Shown here one piece after another: positions 54,301-64,000 of a DNA stretch of 64,000 nucleotides (positions are counted from its first letter, which is position 1; every line of letters starts with the position of its first letter). This DNA comes from Thecamonas trahens ATCC 50062. Lineage: Eukaryota; Protista; Apusomonadida. The notes below the pieces were generated by a model. It saw only the letters and a list, made by a program, of their open reading frames with translations. It was not told the DNA's origin and did not search any database. The stretch is from assembly GCF_000142905.1 (NCBI RefSeq), contig NW_013657661.1:124001-188000 (forward strand), in the 5' to 3' direction. A program made the translations under genes and the position numbers.

Positions 54301-55788
54301 GTCGACGAGCTCGCGGCGCTGCTCAAGACCGAGCCGTTTGCGGGCCTCGACTCGATCATTGTGTACTGTGGGAAGCGGCGGACGACTGAAGAGGTTGCGG
54401 CGCGGCTCAACTCGGACTCGATCTCTGCCGAATGCTACCATGCCGGCATGGAGGCCAAGGCGCGAGCGCGTGTCCAGCGCGCATTCATGCTCGGGCGGGT
54501 GCGGATTATGGTGGCCACGGTGGCCTTTGGCATGGGCGTCAACAAGGCCGACGTCCGCGCCATCATCCACTACAACATGCCGCGGTCGATCGAGAACTAC
54601 GTGCAGGAGATTGGACGCGGCGGGCGCGATGGCAAGCCGTGCTACTGCCACGTCTTTCTCCACGACTCGGACTACATCATGTCGCGCTCGTTTGCTTATG
54701 CCGACTCGGTCGATCCATACTCGCTGCGCGCGCTGCTGCGCCACTTGTTTGGCCTCACGCGCTCGGGCAAGCCGACAGCTGGCGCAGGACGGGGCCCTGC
54801 CACCAAGCTGGTCTCCCTCAAGGATCTGCCGCGCGAGATGGACGTCAAGTCGGGTGTCATTGCCACTGTCCTGGCGTACCTCTCGCTGCCTGCGCCGTGC
54901 GGAGTGGCGCCGCGCCCGCTCATCGCCCTCGAGCCTGGCTGCCACAAGTCGGCCAAGGTGTGGATCAAGGGCAACGTGAAGCGGTCGAGCCTGGCCGCAG
55001 CGTCGACGCGGCAAGCAGTGCGCAAGGCCCACGCCCCTGGTGCGATGACCAACGCCTTTCTCGACGAGCTCAATGGCGAGGTAGATGCGGTGACGGCGGC
55101 GTCTCTGGTCGACGCGAGCTCCGGTGAGTCGAAACACGCCCCGCTCATCCGGGCCATTCTCGGACGCGACACGGCTGACAGCTCCAAGTGGGTGTACAAC
55201 GTTGACCTGGAGCAGATCGCAAGCTCGCTCGGGCGCGAGCCGACTGAGGTCTCGGGCATGCTTTTTGCGGCGTCGATGTCGCGGCAGCTCAAGTATGAGC
55301 TGAGCGACTGGTGCTCAGCGTACCGAGTGCTGGAAACGCCAACAGACGTGGCGGCACTGGCGGGCGACCTGGCAGCGATGTTGGCGCGGCTGGAGGCGGC
55401 GCAGCTGAACCAACTCAACGCCATCCGACGCGCGCTGGAGACGTTTGTGGCCGACTCGGACGAGGCGGCGCTGCGGACGACCATGACGCAGTACTTTGCC
55501 TCGCGGCAGAAGCCTTCGACGAACGCAGGTGTGCTCCTCCCGCGGCTGCAACTCGAGCAGCGGAAGGATTCTGCACACGTCCGCGCCGACATCAAGGTCT
55601 TTCTCCGCACGCTGGATGGGCCGATCTCAGCCCGGGCCGTGGCGCGCATCCTGCACGGCATTCCGTCGCCGGCGTATCCGGTCTACGAGTGGTCGAACAA
55701 CCACTTTTGGGGCCGGCACATTAACGTCGAGTTCAGCGAGCTGATGAAGGCCGCACGGGCGGTGATCCGCGACATGCTGGCCGACTAG
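51387..55788 (+). CDS. RECQL4: RecQ4 helicase with N-terminal Sld2-like domain; intron 51505-51664
   Basis: Exon 1 LKRVIKDWEYSFFAEHERTPSVADI + ADKYKMYKRLK (Sld2/RecQ4 N-terminus); SNFVAMKL; FRPGQ, LPTGSGKS, DEAHCVSEWSHNFRPAY, ATVAFGMG, QEIGRGGRDG; C-terminal RAVARILHGIPSPAYP..W...FW. Confidence 0.95.
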
Positions 55789-55850
55789 GCTGAGGGAGTT
55801 AAAGAGCAGATATGTCCATTCATTCCAGCAGATACAATGTTCATGGCTAG

Positions 55851-57341
55851 CTAGTTGGCGGCCGCACCCACCACGGCTACCGGCGCACGGTCGTGAGGGT
55901 AGTCGCCGAGCGAGCGTGCACGCGGGCGAAAGTGCGGCGTCTGCTGGCGGTGGCGGTCGAGCTTGGAGGCAACGATGCGGGCGACGTTAAGCTTGCGATT
56001 GCGACGACGAGTCCACTCGGCGCGAGTCCGTGGCTTGGCCTGCGGGGCGGTTGGCACCATGAGATGAGGCGGCGGCCCGCCGCCGGCGAGCAGCAGGGCC
56101 CGGGCGCGAGCCGCGGGCGATCCCGCCGCCGGGTCCACTCCAGCCCTTGCTGGGCGGCTCCGGGAAGCTTTGGGCGTACGCGAGAGACCCTTGGCCTTGG
56201 ACTTGGTGGCCTTGGCCTTGGCTTTGGAAGCCTTGGCTTTGGCGGCCTTGGCATTGGCCTTAGCCTTGGGGCGCGCGCTCCGACCGCCAGCTTTGCGCTT
56301 GGTCTTGCGGCGGGAGCGCGAGCCCTTGGCCGGCGACGCCGGACACGTTGTCGAGGCCTGTGAAGCTGCGACGCCAGCCGCAGCCATCGACGCTGACGCC
56401 ATCGAGGCGTAGACCATGAGCGGGTGCATGGCGGCGAGCGGGACCGCCGGCGAACGGAGGAACGGTGAGTTTGCGGCCACAGGGTTGCATGTCCGCACCG
56501 GCGGAGTGTGGACGGCATGGAACGGCTCGGCCTCGAGGGTGCGTGCAAACTGGGCAGCCGGCGCGACAGACGGCGAGGGCGCCGTGGCAGGCACCGCCGG
56601 TGGTAGCGGGAGGTGCGGCGACGACGGGCGCTCGACGAGCGAGGCATGCGGCGGAGGCTGACGCTGCGGCAGGGCATACGTCAGATCCGGCGCGCCAGGC
56701 TCGCGCGAGAGGGCCAGAATGTCCTCAACCGAAGCCGTGCGCGAAGCGCGAGTCGGCCGGAGAATACGGGCCAGCTCGGACGACGGCCCGGTGTCACCGT
56801 CCATGACCTGATCCAGGTCAGGAGGTGGCGAAGCGGTGGCAAGCCCCATCTGGTGGTGTCCCTGGGCCGAGGCGAGACCGACATGTCCCGGGACCATGGG
56901 GTACATCGGTGCCGGAAGTATGGGAGCAGAGTGTAGCGGGTTCGGAGGCGATGCCGACGAAGTCGAGGTTGAGGAAGACGACGACGACGAGTGAGCGGCA
57001 CCGTTCCGAACGGTGGCAGGGACAAGAGCCATTGGCATGCGCGAGGCCGGTGAGATCATGTGTGGAGGCGGACGTGCGTGGGCGGCAGTGGGCGGAGCCG
57101 GATGTGGGAGGCGAACGTGTTGGTTGGTGGAAGACGACCTCGGACGAGGTGGTGTTCCTGAGGTGGCGGTGGCGGTGGTGGTGGTGGTGGCGGCGGCGGT
57201 GGTGTTGGTAGTGTGCGGGTGAGAGCCAGGAACATGACGGAAGGCCGGGAAGACAACAGAGGGAGGCTCCGGAGCAAAGAGCGAGGGTGAGGGCTTGATG
57301 GCTTTGACAGGTCTTGGTGCTACCACCTGTGGCGTCTCCAT
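55851..57341 (-). CDS. Pro/Ser-rich, basic low-complexity protein of unknown function
   Basis: Open frame from METPQVVAPRP with coding-like codon use; short motif TPPVRTCNPVAANSPF. Confidence 0.6.
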   Translation of the reverse strand: METPQVVAPRPVKAIKPSPSLFAPEPPSVVFPAFRHVPGSHPHTTNTTAAATTTTTATATSGTPPRPRSSSTNQHVRLPHPAPPTAAHARPPPHMISPASRMPMALVPATVRNGAAHSSSSSSSTSTSSASPPNPLHSAPILPAPMYPMVPGHVGLASAQGHHQMGLATASPPPDLDQVMDGDTGPSSELARILRPTRASRTASVEDILALSREPGAPDLTYALPQRQPPPHASLVERPSSPHLPLPPAVPATAPSPSVAPAAQFARTLEAEPFHAVHTPPVRTCNPVAANSPFLRSPAVPLAAMHPLMVYASMASASMAAAGVAASQASTTCPASPAKGSRSRRKTKRKAGGRSARPKAKANAKAAKAKASKAKAKATKSKAKGLSRTPKASRSRPARAGVDPAAGSPAARARALLLAGGGPPPHLMVPTAPQAKPRTRAEWTRRRNRKLNVARIVASKLDRHRQQTPHFRPRARSLGDYPHDRAPVAVVGAAAN

Positions 57342-57800
57342 TCCCAACCGGTAGGTGCAATGGCCCGGTGGTGCCCTATGGAAGGAGGGGGTGAGGGGAG
57401 GGGGGGGGGGGGGGTGAGAGTGAGGTGCCAATGTCAATTCTTCAAATGGCTCAGTGTGCTACCGGTCACATGCCAGCGCACCAGTCAGCGTGGGTCGCAT
57501 GCTACTGAGTTGCGGAACAGCAGCAGCCTGACACGTGGGCTCGGTCACATCGCCAGAGGGGCGGGCCTCCAGCACAATCAAATCAAATTCAACACGATGC
57601 TGTGTGAGAAGAGGGGAAGAAGGGGGGGAGAGGGGAAGGGAAGGGAAGGGGAGTGGAGGAGATGGGGTTTAAAACGTCGGCAAGTGCGGCGATGCAGAGC
57701 GCGATACATGACGGTTGACGCGCGGGGGATTGCGGCAGATCATGAGATGCGGGATGTTGTCGCTACAGGTGCGCACGTGGGTGGGTGTGGAAGTGCTGTT

Positions 57801-58835
57801 CTACGGGCGTGGGTTGCCGGGTGGGTTCGAGCTGCGGTAGGGGCGGACAAAGTCGGCAAGATCGGCCCGGAAGACGACGGCAGCGGTGAGAAGGAAGAGA
57901 AAGAGGAGGACAGCAATCCACTGGTTAAGGCCGCGGGCGGTCGACTGCATGGCCTTGATCTGGCGGCGGACATCACGTTCGCGCTCCTTGCGTGCGACCC
58001 GCTCCCAAGGCTGCTCCCAAGAGCCGTCAGACTTGCGCCGGGCGCGGCGTGACGGGCGGCCGGCGGCATCAGCGCCGAGAGCAGCAAGAGGGGGAGGTGG
58101 CGGCTGTGCGGCCGAGGCAGCGGCGGCGGTAGGGGGGGGTGTCGGCGGCAGGATTGGTGCAGGGGCCTGAGCGGGGGTGGCGGACGACGGTGGCGGAGGT
58201 GGAGAAGTCGGACCATCGGCGGGGGCAGGTGCTGGGGCCGGTGCGGGTGCTGGGGCCGGTGCGGAAGAAGGCTCAACAGGACCATCGGTGGACGAAGCAG
58301 CGGCCTCGACGGCCTCCATCTCTTCTAGAAGATCTGCGTTTGCACGGCCACAGTCCTTGCAGACGTAGGCGAGCGAGGCGGCCGCCATGTCGCGGCGACG
58401 ATCGTCGGGATACTCGAGAGCACCGACGGCGCCCTCTGCCTTTGTGGGCATAAAGGCGATGAGAGCCATTAGCATGGTCTCGACGCTCCATGATGGTTGC
58501 CACGACTCTGGATGGTAACCCGAGTTTGAGAGGCAGATCTTGACGTTTGTGGCAAAGCGGCCCGAGGGGGTGAGGAAGACAAAGTCGGGCGGCTTCATGG
58601 GAAACTGCGGCGGAAAGTAGATGCGGCCGTGGTAGACGCCGCCGTCAAAGGCGGTGCCCTCGGGCCCACGGATGGAAAAGTGCCACTCGAAGAGCGAATC
58701 GCCCAGTGGATAGGCCACCAGCCGGGGATTGGGTCGCGTCTGGAGGCCACGCAGCTCTGCCAGCAGCCGCCGAATGGCCGGGTTCTTCATGTTCATGTCT
58801 GTCTCGGCCCGCCCGCTGCCTGTCGCCTCGGCCAT
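57801..58835 (-). CDS. UBE2J1: ER-anchored ubiquitin-conjugating enzyme E2 J1 (Ubc6-like)
   Basis: NPAIRRLLAE, LFEWHFSIRGP..T.FDGGVYHGRI, TPSGRF..KICLS.SGYHPESWQPSW; C-terminal TM. Confidence 0.93.
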   Translation of the reverse strand: MAEATGSGRAETDMNMKNPAIRRLLAELRGLQTRPNPRLVAYPLGDSLFEWHFSIRGPEGTAFDGGVYHGRIYFPPQFPMKPPDFVFLTPSGRFATNVKICLSNSGYHPESWQPSWSVETMLMALIAFMPTKAEGAVGALEYPDDRRRDMAAASLAYVCKDCGRANADLLEEMEAVEAAASSTDGPVEPSSAPAPAPAPAPAPAPADGPTSPPPPPSSATPAQAPAPILPPTPPPTAAAASAAQPPPPPLAALGADAAGRPSRRARRKSDGSWEQPWERVARKERERDVRRQIKAMQSTARGLNQWIAVLLFLFLLTAAVVFRADLADFVRPYRSSNPPGNPRP

Positions 58836-58911
58836 GGTGGAGTTTGACCGGTGTGGAGGTTATGCGGGGGCGGGGGGGGGGGGGGGTGGGGGTGGGTGTG
58901 GTGGTGGTGGT

Positions 58912-59550
58912 NNNNNNNNNNNNNNNNNNNNNNNNNNNNNNNNNNNNNNNNNNNNNNNNNNNNNNNNNNNNNNNNNNNNNNNNNNNNNNNNNNNNNNNNN
59001 NNNNNNNNNNNNNNNNNNNNNNNNNNNNNNNNNNNNNNNNNNNNNNNNNNNNNNNNNNNNNNNNNNNNNNNNNNNNNNNNNNNNNNNNNNNNNNNNNNNN
59101 NNNNNNNNNNNNNNNNNNNNNNNNNNNNNNNNNNNNNNNNNNNNNNNNNNNNNNNNNNNNNNNNNNNNNNNNNNNNNNNNNNNNNNNNNNNNNNNNNNNN
59201 NNNNNNNNNNNNNNNNNNNNNNNNNNNNNNNNNNNNNNNNNNNNNNNNNNNNNNNNNNNNNNNNNNNNNNNNNNNNNNNNNNNNNNNNNNNNNNNNNNNN
59301 NNNNNNNNNNNNNNNNNNNNNNNNNNNNNNNNNNNNNNNNNNNNNNNNNNNNNNNNNNNNNNNNNNNNNNNNNNNNNNNNNNNNNNNNNNNNNNNNNNNN
59401 NNNNNNNNNNNNNNNNNNNNNNNNNNNNNNNNNNNNNNNNNNNNNNNNNNNNNNNNNNNNNNNNNNNNNNNNNNNNNNNNNNNNNNNNNNNNNNNNNNNN
59501 NNNNNNNNNNNNNNNNNNNNNNNNNNNNNNNNNNNNNNNNNNNNNNNNNN
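58912..59550. other. Assembly gap (639 N)
   Basis: Run of N. Confidence 1.
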
Positions 59551-59727
59551 GAGGGAGGGAGGGAGTGATGATGGTGGTGATGATGATGGTGGTGATGGGT
59601 GGGGTAGGTCTGGGTCTATCGCGGCAACTTGGGCCAGATGACCACAATGCGAGCAAGGGGTAGAGGGATAGGGCAGAGGCACTTGTCGACAGCCGGCGTA
59701 GAGAGAGGGCCTACAAGGGCTGATACC

Positions 59728-60204
59728 ATGGGCCGCAAGAGCAAGAAGAAAGTCTACGCCGTGGCCAAGGGCTGGAAGGTCGGCGTCTTTGCCCAGCCGT
59801 GGTCCGAGGTCGAGCCGCTGGTCAAGGGCTTCCCGGGCGCACGCTTCAAGGGCTTCTCATCACACGCCGAGGCAAAGGCCTTTGTCGCTGCACATGCAAA
59901 AAGTAGTCGCGGGAGCAGCGGCGAGAGGCCTACAAGTCATGCTGCTCCTGCCAAGAAGCGGCCATCGACCCGCCCTCCGCCGACATCGGCCGCATCGGCT
60001 GCGCCGACAACGCGGAGCCAGCGCGGGCGGCAGGGCGATAGTCAGGCCAGCTCGCGCGCACGGTCACGGGAGCGCGAACAATGGCAACCTCCACCGCAGA
60101 AGCAGCAGGCGTCTGCTGCCCCCGAGCCGCCGTTCTCCGGCGTCGTGAGTGGCTCGATCGCAGACTTGCTGCTACAGGTCGGGTACAGGCCGGGGCCAAG
60201 TTGA
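59728..60204 (+). CDS. Protein with RNase H1 hybrid-binding (Cauli_VI) domain; no catalytic RNase H domain visible
   Basis: KVYAVAKGWKVGVF..WSEVEPLVKGFPGARFKGFSSHAEAKAFV. Confidence 0.8.
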   Translation: MGRKSKKKVYAVAKGWKVGVFAQPWSEVEPLVKGFPGARFKGFSSHAEAKAFVAAHAKSSRGSSGERPTSHAAPAKKRPSTRPPPTSAASAAPTTRSQRGRQGDSQASSRARSREREQWQPPPQKQQASAAPEPPFSGVVSGSIADLLLQVGYRPGPS

Positions 60205-60276
60205 CCTGGTGTGATACGTTCACAATAAAGGGTTGGCCCTTGACGGTGCGGTCGTTCGGACGCGTTGTCGCGCGTC

Positions 60277-60615
60277 TCAAAGTGACACAGCGCCGACGTC
60301 TGCGCTCGCCCTTTTCACGCTCGTGGCCAGCCCGCGCGTCGTCGCCGTCGTCTTCTTTCGCGCGGAGTGGCCCTCGGCCTGCGCCACCTTGTTGACGTTC
60401 TCAGCAGCCATGAGCGCGGCGCGCGCCGCCTCAGCCTCGGCCTTGGCGTCAGCAAGCTCCTCTCGCGCCCTCTTTTCGGCGGTCGCGGCCGCCTTCTTCC
60501 GCAAGCGCCTCGCTCGTCTTGCGCGCCGCGTCGAACGTCTCATGGAACGAGCACGCGTCGGCGCCGACGACGGCCTTCCACTCGCCCACAGTAAGCACGA
60601 CGTGCGACGACGCAA
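60277..60615 (-). CDS. Short coiled-coil coding segment; 5' structure unresolved
   Basis: KKAAATAEKRAREELADAKAEAEAARAALMAAE has host-like codon usage; start not determined. Confidence 0.35.
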   Translation of the reverse strand: MRRRTSCLLWASGRPSSAPTRARSMRRSTRRARRARRLRKKAAATAEKRAREELADAKAEAEAARAALMAAENVNKVAQAEGHSARKKTTATTRGLATSVKRASADVGAVSL

Positions 60616-60916
60616 CGCCGTCTACAACCTCCGATGCACGTAGGTACACAGAGACGTTGCCCTGCGGTATGTCTGAGTGTATGTTTGTGTGTGTATGTGG
60701 CGGGGGGGGGGGGGGGTGGCGCGAGTGCGCGAGTCGGAGACCAGCTCATATCAACTTTGACCTCGCACTTCTGGAGCTCCAGGTTCCAGGTTCTCCTTCT
60801 TGATCTCCAACCGGCGTGTACCACTACATCTACATAAAGTTGAGGACAAACTACTTGATATACGCGCAAACGCTCTCTCATACCGCCACCACCCGGGGGG
60901 AGAACAGGGTGGCCGG

Positions 60917-62061
60917 CTACACGGAGGTCGCCTCGAGCTGGGCCTTGCGGTCCTGGACGGCGGTGACGTGTGCGTCGTGGTCGGCGAGCTTGGCGAGCTT
61001 GGCGGCCTGTGCGGCGTCACGGTTGGCCTGAGCCTGCATCATGGCCGACTGCGAGTCGGCGATGACCTTTGCAGCATTGAGCTTGGCCTTGGCCCTCTGC
61101 ATCTCGGCAACGGCCATGGCGTGCTCGACGTCGGCAGCAGCGGAGCCCTGGCGGGCAGCGAGCGCTTCGATGCGACGCTCCTCGGCGGCGGCCAGCGCAG
61201 CGTCGGTGTTCTCGCGGCGGGCAGAGAGCTCCTTGGCCCGCTCGGCCTTGGCATGCGCCGCGGCCGAGATCGACTTTTCGAACTCGAGACCGGCCTTGGC
61301 AGCCTTGAGGGCGAGCATGGCGTCGCGACGCTGGGCAGCCCCCTCCACGGCGGCCACCGACGCCGCGCGCTTAGCCTCGGCTTCCTCGTCGAGCTTGCTG
61401 GCCACCGCGGCCTTGGCAACATCGACCTGCATCGAATGCGACGCCAGCCGAGTCTTCTCCGCCGCCAGCAGCGCAGCCCGCCGCGTCTCGACCTTCTCCA
61501 GCTTGGTCGCCAGCGACGCCTCCAGCGCCGCCACACGCTCCTCGCGCGCCGCGTTGACCTCAAACTGCGCACGCACAATGTTCTCGTGCCGCGCCTTGTT
61601 CTTCTCCACCCGTGCCTCGAGGTGGCTCTACCTCCAAAAAGCGCGCGAAACGTTGATAAGTCCTGGTTCGCGCCAAAACCGTGTCCCGCACCAACCCTCC
61701 CCCGACTACACCCATGCTCCCGCCATCCAGCTCTACGCCCCGCCCATACCAGCCCCCTCATACCAATCTTCCCCACTGCCCCCTCTCTCGCACCACCACC
61801 CACCATACCCGCACCCTCGGCTGCGTCGGGAGCCCGGGACTGTGGAACAATCTACGAAGATGCGACGTGTCACTCACGCATGCGTACCTGGCGGGCGAGC
61901 TCGGCCTTCCGAAGCGAGGCTGAGAGCTCCTCAGCGAGCACCGACGGGTCCTTGGAGACCCGCGAAGGAGACCATGCCTCCAGCCGCTTCTGCACAGCTG
62001 TCTTGCCCCGTGTCGGGGACTTGGGCTCAAAGTTGACCTCGAACACAACCGACTCGGACAT
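60917..62061 (-). CDS. Stathmin-like coiled-coil protein; intron 61628-61887
   Basis: Exon 1 SVVFEVNFEPKSP..QKRLE..SP..EELSASLRKAELARQ joined through gtacgc...ggtag to SHLEARVEK...KLEKVETRR...LAAAEERR repeats. Confidence 0.65.
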
Positions 62062-62419
62062 AATACAACCAATGAACGAACAAGCGAATCAACAAGAGTC
62101 GAGTGCCTTCGGCTGGCGACAGGCGGCGGGCAACAGGCGGCAGGCGCCCAAAGGTTCCTCAACGCTCGGCGACGTGTCATCATGATGTGGCCATTAGTCG
62201 TCCATCGACCATCACCCAAAGTTGATGCGGTGAAGGGGAACACACATGCACGGGCCTTACCCCAAGTCACTCACGATCACCTCCCCCTCCCCTTTCCTCC
62301 CCATGTGCCCGGACGGTACGGTGGTTCATTTCATACGTCGCCACTAGCCTCGAAAGCAACGCAGCGCAGTCGCATCATCGCACGAGATCCAACCTCTTGG
62401 CCCGGGCTATGCAGAGCGA

Positions 62420-62911
62420 TCACAACGTGCCGGCCTCGAATGAGTCGTCAAAGTAGAGGCCAGCCATGCAGCGGAGAAAGTCGTCAAAGGTCAGCCTGCC
62501 CGACATGTTCTCCGTCGACGAGGCGTAGAGAATGAGATCAGAGACCTCGGCCTCGGAAGGATCGGTACCTACGTCGACCATAGCCGCCATCAGGTCGTTG
62601 TTCCCGATCGTCCCGTCGTCGCCGGCAAGCAGTGCAAAGATGGAGCGGACCTCCTTCATCTGCGCCGGCGAGAACCGCGCTCTGATCTCCTCCAGCGGCG
62701 TTGTCCCGTCATCCAGCTCTTCCAGCGAGCCTCCACCACCACCACCACCACCACCACCGTCGCCACCTCCACCAACTCCGCCACCCTTTCCGCTCCGGCC
62801 GCCTCGTCCGCGCGCCCGTCGCCCGCCACCTCCGCCACCTCCTCCACTCCCGCCAAGCCCGCCTCCATTGCTCCGCCCGCCGCTCCGCCCCGCGCTTCGC
62901 CGCCCGCTCAT
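62420..62911 (-). CDS. EF-hand (calmodulin/centrin-like) protein with Gly/Arg-rich N-terminus; start uncertain (62911 or 62986)
   Basis: FSPAQMKEVRSIFALLAGDDGTI...DPSEAEVSDLI...SGRLTFDDFLRCM; degenerate EF loops. Confidence 0.75.
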   Translation of the reverse strand: MSGRRSAGRSGGRSNGGGLGGSGGGGGGGGRRARGRGGRSGKGGGVGGGGDGGGGGGGGGGSLEELDDGTTPLEEIRARFSPAQMKEVRSIFALLAGDDGTIGNNDLMAAMVDVGTDPSEAEVSDLILYASSTENMSGRLTFDDFLRCMAGLYFDDSFEAGTL

Positions 62912-63125
62912 CCTATCTTTGTCCCCCAAGTCCGAAGAGCAGCGTACGCCTGTTCGCTCTCGGCCACCTGCTGGCACACCAGCCATATGGTTGGCGCCCG
63001 CGCAGCCGACCACCGCCCACGCAGCCACCGCCAGTGCCAGCGCCAACTCCTCACTCGCCTCGCCCTCTCCTCCCTCACCTCCCTCTTATCCTCCTTCTCC
63101 TGCGTAGGCACCATTGTGGTTGGCT

Positions 63126-63968
63126 ATGGCTTCCATGGCCCATGCCGATGAGCATGCGTCGCGGGCAGAGCTCCTCCTCGAACTAAGCCGGTTGCGCTCC
63201 CGACTTGCCGCCGCTGATGCATACATCGCAAAACATCATGAGCCGTTGAGAGAATGTACGCCACAGAGATCTCCCATGGGAAGATGTGCCTCAAACTTCC
63301 CTCCTCTCCCTCCTCTCCCTTCCATCTATCGCCACTCATCCGTCTACGATCCAGATGCGGCTCAAGCGCCGTCGTTCATGCAGGTCGAGGCCCTCATGCT
63401 CGCCAACGAAAAGCTGAACGAACGCAACAAGGTGCTGGAAGACAAGGTGGCTAAGCTGAGTGCCGCGCATGCTGATGCAATGCTCGAGCTGGAAGTGCTC
63501 CGTGCCACCACAGGGAGATCGGCAATGAGCCAGGCCGAGTCGAGCCACAAGCCGCCGCGGGCACCGCTGGAGATCATGGCCGAGAACGTCGAGCTCGCCA
63601 CACGAGTCCGCTCGCTCGCCGCAGACAACAGAGCCATGACACGGACGCTTGCCTCACTCCGCTCGCAGTACTCGACGCAGCCGCTGACGGCTCCGCGAGT
63701 GCCGCAACAGACTGTTCGGTCGCCAGCGTCGCCTGCCGTCTCGCGCGACGATGCCATCGCCGCCCTCCCGCCGCTACCCGACCGCACCTCGCTCGCCACC
63801 ACGCTAGCCGCAATGTCGGACATGGTCTCGCACCTTGCCGACAAAGCCGATGCCGGATCGGTATCGGGCGACAACGACGACGGTGATGAGGCTGCGCGCG
63901 TGGCCGACCTCGCCGAGTCGTTCTCAGAGACGACCTGCGAGTGTTCGTCGTCCGACTCGGAGACATAG
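63126..63968 (+). CDS. Coiled-coil hypothetical protein
   Basis: Open frame with heptad-rich segments (VEALMLANEKLNERNKVLEDKVAKL). Confidence 0.65.
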   Translation: MASMAHADEHASRAELLLELSRLRSRLAAADAYIAKHHEPLRECTPQRSPMGRCASNFPPLPPLPSIYRHSSVYDPDAAQAPSFMQVEALMLANEKLNERNKVLEDKVAKLSAAHADAMLELEVLRATTGRSAMSQAESSHKPPRAPLEIMAENVELATRVRSLAADNRAMTRTLASLRSQYSTQPLTAPRVPQQTVRSPASPAVSRDDAIAALPPLPDRTSLATTLAAMSDMVSHLADKADAGSVSGDNDDGDEAARVADLAESFSETTCECSSSDSET

Positions 63969-64000
63969 CAGCCTCACCGGTGTTTGGCATACGCTGCACG

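Noticed and set aside
49091-58835. Tul1 and UBE2J1 as a functional ubiquitin cluster
   Set aside because: Separated by unrelated genes; proximity is plausibly chance.
58645-59682. ORFs spanning the N gap (also 27927-28557)
   Set aside because: Artefacts of translating N.

Overview
Gene-dense, GC-rich, intron-poor eukaryotic nuclear DNA with two assembly gaps (28178-28277, 58912-59550). About 29 protein-coding genes are tightly packed on both strands. I found no rRNA, tRNA, CRISPR or transposon by eye. The gene set (IP3 receptor, ACAP ArfGAP, doublecortin-domain protein, calcineurin-like phosphatase, RECQL4 with Sld2 domain, GATA factor, Tul1-type E3, UBE2J1, stathmin-like protein) and style suggest a unicellular relative of opisthokonts such as an apusomonad (Thecamonas-like); this is inference. 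Seven spliceosomal introns were reconstructed, all with a GTACG donor and most with an ACTCAC branch-like motif. At least five genes are broken by one-base-short (-1) frameshifts, usually at short homopolymer runs. These are most likely sequencing undercalls, but recoding or editing is not excluded. Notable proteins: a secreted leprecan-like TPR + JmjC + second 2OG-Fe(II) dioxygenase; a mitochondrially targeted type-2 IPP isomerase; a plastid/cyanobacterial-style VKOR-thioredoxin fusion; a PhyH-family enzyme with a halogenase-like HxG motif; an NHL-repeat surface receptor with a possibly virus-related domain; and an AIR9/SCAB-like Ig-PH-thioredoxin protein.
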